DNA from: an uncultured bacterium
GTDB taxonomy: Bacteria > Patescibacteriota > Saccharimonadia > Saccharimonadales > DATKHC01
Length of the DNA stretch: 64,000 nucleotides
NCBI GenBank assembly: GCA_963699195.1
Contig: OY969420.1
Coordinates: forward strand, 570,733 to 634,732
Reading direction: 5' to 3'
Shown piece after piece: positions 58,255-64,000 of this stretch; position 1 is the first letter of the stretch; the number at the start of each line of letters is the position of its first letter. The notes beneath the pieces were generated by a model, which did no database searches, was not told the origin of the DNA, and worked only from the letters and a program-made list of their open reading frames with translations. Made by a program: the position numbers and the translations under genes.

Positions 58255-58860
58255 ATGACACAACGAACAAATTCTCTACTTATACCCACAGTTATCGAAC
58301 AAGAAGGTCAGATGGAGCGAGCCTATGATATATATTCAAGGCTCTTAAAAGACCGAATCATATTCCTTGGCGAAACCATCGACGAACACTCAGCTAACTT
58401 AATAGTTGCACAACTGCTTTTTCTAGACAGCCAGGATACTAAGAAAGATATTTCAATTTATATTAATAGTCCCGGTGGCAGCGTTTACGATGCATTCGCA
58501 ATTTATGACACAATTAATTACATAAAATCAGATGTATCAACTATAGCTGTTGGTATGGCCGCAAGTGCTGCCGCATTTCTACTAAGCAGTGGGACTAAAG
58601 GTAAAAGATTTGCCCTACCCCATAGTAAGATTATGATTCACCAGCCTTCAAGCGGAACTAGGGGTAAGGTTACCGACATGGAAATTGACCTAGAGGAGTC
58701 CATTAAACTTAAAAAACAACTCGAGGAAATACTTGCAAAGAATACTGGCCAAAAGGCTTCAAAGATTCACCAAGATATGGAGCGAGATTATTATATGGGT
58801 GCAGATGAAGCTAATAAATACGGCCTAGTTGACAAAGTCATTAAGTCAATAAAAGCTTAA
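58255..58860 (+). CDS. clpP: ATP-dependent Clp protease proteolytic subunit
   Basis: Intact [16 protein letters not shown], catalytic Ser context ([11 protein letters not shown]), His (IMIHQP) and Asp (DMERD). The ATG at 58255 is preferred over the track start at 58231. Confidence 0.92.
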   Translation: MTQRTNSLLIPTVIEQEGQMERAYDIYSRLLKDRIIFLGETIDEHSANLIVAQLLFLDSQDTKKDISIYINSPGGSVYDAFAIYDTINYIKSDVSTIAVGMAASAAAFLLSSGTKGKRFALPHSKIMIHQPSSGTRGKVTDMEIDLEESIKLKKQLEEILAKNTGQKASKIHQDMERDYYMGADEANKYGLVDKVIKSIKA

Positions 58861-58908
58861 AAAGTAAGACCTCAAAGAGTTGATAACATAACACTAAAGT
58901 GTTATAAT

Positions 58909-59268
58909 ATGATAATGAATAAGAAGGAACTTCTAGAGTCCATCGATGATTTAAATCATGATAGATTGTACCGGATAAAAAGTGGATTAGTTTACGCTGC
59001 TTTAGCCGGAGCTGATATGCTAGCCGCCAATGTAATAAGCGGAGATGCAAGGTATTTATTTTGGTTACCTGCTGTCGTTACTTCTCTGACTTCCACTAGT
59101 TACTTTCTTCGAGGACATGATGATGCGGGTGTCATCCATGCTTATAGGGATCAGCTTAATGATACGAGTCAAGCTGAACCTTATATTGTTGCAAAGAAAG
59201 CTCCATTAGAAATTCCAGAACTTGTCCGTCTTGCTCCACAAACAGTTCCAGAACTAGTGCTAAGTTAA
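58909..59268 (+). CDS. Hypothetical protein (119 aa, two central hydrophobic segments)
   Basis: An ORF only. Confidence 0.4.
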   Translation: MIMNKKELLESIDDLNHDRLYRIKSGLVYAALAGADMLAANVISGDARYLFWLPAVVTSLTSTSYFLRGHDDAGVIHAYRDQLNDTSQAEPYIVAKKAPLEIPELVRLAPQTVPELVLS

Positions 59269-59462
59269 GAATAAAAAAGTCTTGACATTAGCGTGAAGAT
59301 TGCTCACACTATAATCTAAAGAAGTAGTATACGTCGGCCTGTGTTTAATTTACCAAAATTGCACCAAAAAATACCCAATGTAGTGATCTTCGTGCACGAA
59401 AGAACAAATCAAATTATTAAATATAACTAATTAATTAAATATAGATGGGAGTTAATTAGAGT

Positions 59463-63020
<3,558 letters not shown>

Positions 63021-63064
63021 GAATGATAACTATTCAGAAGACGAAATTAAGGAGGACTGCATAA

Positions 63065-64000
63065 ATGAGAAACTACACACCACGGCACAAATATTGCAGA
63101 TTTTGATGCTGTAAGACTTGCAGTTGCTAGCCCTGAAGACATACTTGAATGGAGTTACGGTGAAGTTACAAAGCCTGAAACTATTAACTATCGAACTCAG
63201 AAACCTGAGCGAGATGGTCTATTCTGTGAGCGAATTTTTGGACCAGTTAAAGACATAAACCCACACGACGCTAAATATAAGGGTATGCGAAGCCGTGAAG
63301 CAGCTGTTGATAAGAACGGTGAGATTGTAACTAAGTCTATTGTTCGACGTGAACGAATGGGCCACATTACTCTAGCTAGCACCTGTTGCTCACATTTGGT
63401 TCCTCCGTGGAACTCCATCAGCTATTGGTCTAATTCTTGGTATGACTGTTAAGAACTTAGAGCGAGTTGTTTACTTTGCTAGCTTACATTATTAAGATCA
63501 GTTGACACTGAAAAGCGTGATAAGATGCTTGACTGATAAAGAAGCTGAGTTTAATGCTGCTAAAGAAGCTATTAAGATTCGATATGAAGCTGAATCAAAA
63601 GCCGAAGACGCTAATGTTAAAGCATTAGCTGAAATGCAAACTAAAGAAATTGAGCGAAGTTACTAAAGAATTTGACACTGAACTTAGAGATCAACTACTA
63701 GCTACTAGAGAAGTTAAACTTAATCTCTGAAAAAGATTATCGAGAATCTACCTGAAGAAGTTCAAGAAGCTCATTACAGTTGGTATGGGTGGAACTGCAA
63801 TTAGAGAACTACTAGAAGAAATTGATCTTGGTGAATTAATTGAAGATCTATCAATAGAATCTGAAGAACTTAAAGGTCAGAGAAAGAAGAAAATAACTAA
63901 GCGATTAAGACTACTTGAGAACATGTATGAGGCTGGGATTAAGCCAGCTAGCATGTGCTTCAGCGTTCTTCCAGTTATTCCTCCAGATCTTCGACCAATG
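63065..64000 (+). pseudogene. rpoC: DNA-directed RNA polymerase beta' subunit, 5' part (runs off the window), several frameshifts
   Basis: AAGGAGG RBS, then ATG at 63065. [49 protein letters not shown] ... [11 protein letters not shown] ... VAHIWFLRG ... LPVIPPDLRP, read in changing frames. Confidence 0.85.

Noticed and set aside
59282-59315. A sigma-70 promoter for rpoB formed by TTGACA (59282-59287) and TATAAT (59310-59315)
   Set aside because: The two hexamers are perfect, but they are separated by 22 nt, well outside the functional 16-18 nt window. They probably do not work together as one promoter.

Overview
The window looks like a compact, roughly 40% GC bacterial chromosome segment. 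My guess is a reduced-genome CPR or Saccharibacteria-like organism. That guess is an inference from gene content (type IV pilus ATPase plus pilins, a sortase-type surface protein, tightly overlapping genes), not a database result. Three things stand out.

(1) Between an MFS transporter gene (ends 14007) and rplS (starts 27896) there is an accessory region. It is partitioned by at least 13 same-orientation copies of a 25-48 nt intergenic repeat, consensus CCGCTTATGCTTGGCTGGGCAT-CCAGTCCGAGTTCCGAAC, with a variant ...ATAGGCTATGGTACAGGTTCAGAAC. The intervening units carry 1-2 ORFs each: orphan genes, YefM-YoeB, a pilin-like protein, a lipoprotein, a nitrilase-family enzyme, a BNR-like surface protein and an NYN-domain protein. 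One copy truncates a membrane-protein gene. The layout resembles an integron cassette array, but the repeat is not a canonical attC and no recombinase gene is in the window.

(2) Two identical perfect CIRCE (HrcA) operators overlap the predicted promoters of clpC and clpP.

(3) Conserved housekeeping genes downstream of 27.9 kb are riddled with single-base frameshifts: rplS, pepN, nusA, clpC, radA, a PIN/TRAM gene, a class A PBP, tyrS, recG, rsmD, rpoB and rpoC. Interleaved accessory genes and the first 27.9 kb (gatA, gatB, dnaE, rnj, pilB) are intact. Where I counted by hand, the broken genes also show a different Arg codon preference (CGA rather than AGA). The most economical explanation is a mosaic or unpolished assembly. 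It needs read-level checking.

Coordinates of frameshifted genes are approximate. I saw no rRNA genes, no CRISPR arrays and one tRNA (Leu-UAG).
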